This document shows positions 60,735 through 64,000 of a stretch of 64,000 bases of DNA, piece after piece (positions within the stretch are counted from its first letter, which is position 1; the number at the start of each line of letters is the position of its first letter). Source of the stretch: Heterodontus francisci. Taxonomy: Eukaryota. Position numbers and translations under genes: made by a program. The notes beneath the pieces are model-generated. The model was not told the DNA's origin, did not search any database, and was given only the letters and a program-made list of their open reading frames with translations. Where the stretch lies: positions 39,566,437 through 39,630,436 of the forward strand of contig NC_090409.1 of NCBI RefSeq assembly GCF_036365525.1, in the 5' to 3' direction.

Positions 60735-63272
60735 GTTAGATGATAATTTCTGAAATATCCTGTTGATGAGTGAGTGGGAACATCAGGCAGTTTCTGATGA
60801 ATTTATTAACCTGTTCTCAGTGTGGGTGATACTGGCAGGGCCCCATTTATTGTCCATCTCTACTTGAACCACTGCAGTCCTTGTAGCGATGGTTCTCCCA
60901 CAGTGGTGAACATGGGAAGAGGCTTCAGAAACTCTCTGTGCAGCAGCATCCACTGGGCAAAACCAGCAGCGACATTATTGCCAGTAACTGTTTATATACA
61001 GATTCCATCTTCTAGAGATTTTACAGATTGAAACTGCCTGTACACAAAAACAATGCATGAATATCCTATATATATTTAAATGCTCCTTTTCTGTATGAAA
61101 TGGTTACTCCAAGCAGTGATTGGTCATATTTGTCAGGGGATGTGTAGGATGATAGACAAATAGAGCACAGATGGAGGCTTCGATTTATAAACCCAAGCAC
61201 CTGTACCTCTCCACCAGCTTTTAATAAACACCCAGATCACACTGCTGGACAATTCCTCATCTCTGACTGTTTAATATACACAATTTATATTTATAAATAT
61301 TTTACATCTCTTCGCACAATTAGAAATGAGGAGTTTAACCGAGTAACTCATTATTCCAACCTTCACAAATACACACAACACCCTGTGACTATATTGAATA
61401 TAGTGGTTTAATTTCTTTTACACACAGAAGAGAACAAAGATGGTGAGAGTGACGTCCAGAACAAACTATTAACTATTTATTCAATTCACACTGAGAAATA
61501 TTAACACTCAATAAATACAGAGTTTTATAAAAACCCTCCCATTCACAAATTAGGGAGCAGTAACACTGTGTTGGTCCGCTGTGATTTTTCTCTAATATCT
61601 GTAAAGACCTGGAGAGACATGAACTGGGTGAGGGTCTGGGGAAGGGGCTTCCACTCCCCCACTGGGGAGCTCATGTCCCTGGGCTACTGGGGTGGAAACC
61701 CCAGTCACTGTGTGGGGGGAATGGGTAATGACAGCAGCAGAGCAGACCGTGGGATCACTGCACTAACACACCACGGCCTTTGGTCTGAACCAGCACAGCA
61801 AGCTAATTGACAAGACCCTTCAGAGGTGGAGACCCTTCCCCAGCCTGGGAGAAAGATACAGGAACATGGGAATACTGTTCACACATCAAGGTAGATCAGC
61901 AGCTAAAAAATATCCCAGGGATAGACTTGTTCCTCAAACTCTCATCCTCAGGAAACAATTCTCCAAAATTCCTTTTTTTGTACATTATTTTTATGTATTA
62001 AATTATCCAATAAACATTACACACAGAAACAAATTCTTTTATGGCCAAGGCCGTCACTCCAGGCCATTCTGCAGTCGCCAGGCTCCCTCTGGTGTCACTC
62101 TGTGGCTGTAGATGGGCTATTTGACTGTGGGAGGCATCACAGCCCAGCTCCTTCCCCGAGAGAGGCGCCAAGATTTCAACAGGAGAGACAGAGATCAGGA
62201 ACAGGAAATGTAGGAAGTGTATAAAACATTATATATGACAGCAGTCAGATCCATAATGATTGAATTGAAGAGATAGATATGAAGAGAGGCTGTGGGATAT
62301 TTCAGTTTAATGTCAGACACTCGCCACTGTAAAGATTAGAAATAAGAATCAGCTGTGAGGCAATGTGGACTCAGCTGATATTGTGTGAGATTGCTGAGCT
62401 TTTCTATTTCTAATGCAGAGACTGTGTGAATTCTATCTGCAATCGATGCAGACACACAGGAGCAGTAGTGTGAAGCTTACACACACACACACTCGGCAGT
62501 GTGAGCCTGACACACTGGCGCCAGGAGAAGCCCTTGCCGCCAAGGGGCGGGGCCGGGGGGCGGGGCGAGAGCTGAGTGACAGACCGGCCCGGCCGCTGAT
62601 TGGGAGGCTGGCTGTGACCCCGCCCCCCGGCGCGAGCAGAAGCCGTTGGAGGGAGAAGGGGTTGAAGTGAATGGAATGAGAGAATGGTGAGAGCAGAGGA
62701 GGAGGCCATTCGGCCCGTCCTGTCTGTGCTGGCTCTCTGTCAGAGCAACTCAGCTAGTCTCACTGCCCCCCCGCCTTTTCCCCCCCTAGCCCCCGCACAA
62801 CTTTACTCTTCACATCATTATCCAATTCCCTTTTGAAAGCCACCATTGAATGTGCCTCCACCACACTCTCAGGCAGCGCATTCCACATCCCAAACACTCG
62901 CTGCCCAAAAAAGATCCGCCCTCCCCTCATGTCGCTACACGGTTAGTTAATGAGGTGACGAGTTAGAACTGCTTACCCGGTCAGCAGGGCCTGACTCAGG
63001 TCTTTGGAATTGGTGCCAGTGTTAATACAGGAGGTTTTTACTTACACACCAAGTGAGCAGCATGGAGGCCAGCACGATGGCGTACTGCTGCGACAGAGTA
63101 CTTCACTCGGACAATTTGGTGAGTGAGGGAATTCGGCGCAGGGAGGGAAGAGGTGCTGTTCTGGTCTTTCACAAAACAAGGAGTGATCCGAGAGAGGGAG
63201 AGGGAGACAGTGAGACCAGAGAGCTGAAGTCCAGAGGCATTAATTAGATAAACAGGTAAATGATTAGTTAGT
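60735..63272 (-). repeat. Right arm of the inverted duplication flanking gene B
   Basis: Reverse complement of blocks in 49075-53000. Confidence 0.92.
62535..62648 (-). promoter_or_regulatory. CpG/GC-rich promoter-like element (three GC boxes, CCAAT)
   Basis: ggggcgggg twice, ccccgccccc, and ctgattgg. A possible donor GTAAGC lies at 62480 on the minus strand. Confidence 0.55.
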
Positions 63273-63810
63273 GAGTTTTAAGGCTTCTTTTTCTCTAAAC
63301 TACGTCAGTGGTTTAAACATAGAACTGGGAAAGTATAAGTAGTGTATTAAGGTTATTATTTCACGTGTTAAACTACGTTATAAAATTACAAATAATCATT
63401 GATTAAAGACTTCAGTTAAATAAATAAAATAAGGCTAGTTTAAGATATAGCAGAGCAGATTGTGTGTCTGGACTGCAGAATGTGGGAGTTTGTGGACAGC
63501 GAGACTGTCCTGAGCAAACACGTCTGCAGGTGATGTCTCCATCTCGAATCTCTCCGGCTCAGAGTCATTGAGCTGGAGAGACTCTGACACATAAGAGAGG
63601 GGGAGGAATTTCTGGACAGTTTTATCCAGAATACACCCCAGAGGAAAACACAGGTTCAGGAAAGGGAGGGTGTGACTAATACGGAGCTGGGTAGTGGGGA
63701 TTTAGGAGAGGTTGAGAAGGAGGTCCCGCAGACACTGGCCCTGTCAGGAGGCTGTCCAGGGGAGGGGAGAGAAGAATAGAAATGTGATAATAGGAAACTC
63801 GATAATTACG
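63250..63810 (+). mobile_element. CR1 5' UTR and decayed ORF1 start
   Basis: Translation EQIVCLDCRMWEFVDSETVLSKHVCR*CLHLESLRLRVIELE resembles the ORF1 at 24525-24812. Confidence 0.7.
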
Positions 63811-64000
63811 AATCTCACCAGAGCAGATGGTGAAATTTGAATTCACTTAAATCTGGAATTAAAAAGCTAGTTTAAAGATGACCATTACCGATTGTTGTAA
63901 AAACCCATCTGATTCACTAATATCCTTTCGGGAAGGTAAATCTACCGCCCTTACCTGGTCTGGTCTGGTCTACAAGTAACTCCAGACCCACAGCAATGTG

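Overview
Repeat-dense vertebrate genomic DNA. It is most likely a shark, inferred from V-SINE/HE1-type SINEs and the CR1, RTE, Tx1 and Penelope content. The main genic content is a pair of paralogous multi-exon genes on the minus strand, reconstructed by hand from splice signals: copy A at 12292-20637 and copy B at 53313-59408. Each encodes a type I membrane protein with a leader, one B7/butyrophilin-type IgV domain, a short Pro/Thr stalk, a TM segment and a cytoplasmic tail. Neither is visible as a single ORF. The copies differ in the predicted ligand face of the V domain, the stalk splice acceptor, TM length, tail length (frameshift plus a 22-bp micro-inversion) and promoter. A third, orphan copy of coding exon 1 (30679-30699) precedes a strongly expanded 81-bp intronic VNTR. 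Copy B lies between the arms of a multi-kb inverted duplication. The rest is a 43-bp satellite (1-5984), a 19-bp satellite (32305-40138) split by a CR1, many LINE/SINE/LTR remnants, and an unexplained repeat-poor block at about 41.7-45.4 kb. The very long ORFs at 27.9-30.7 kb and 32.2-38.4 kb are artefacts of tandem repeats. All alignments and counts were done by eye; element boundaries are approximate unless a junction is quoted.
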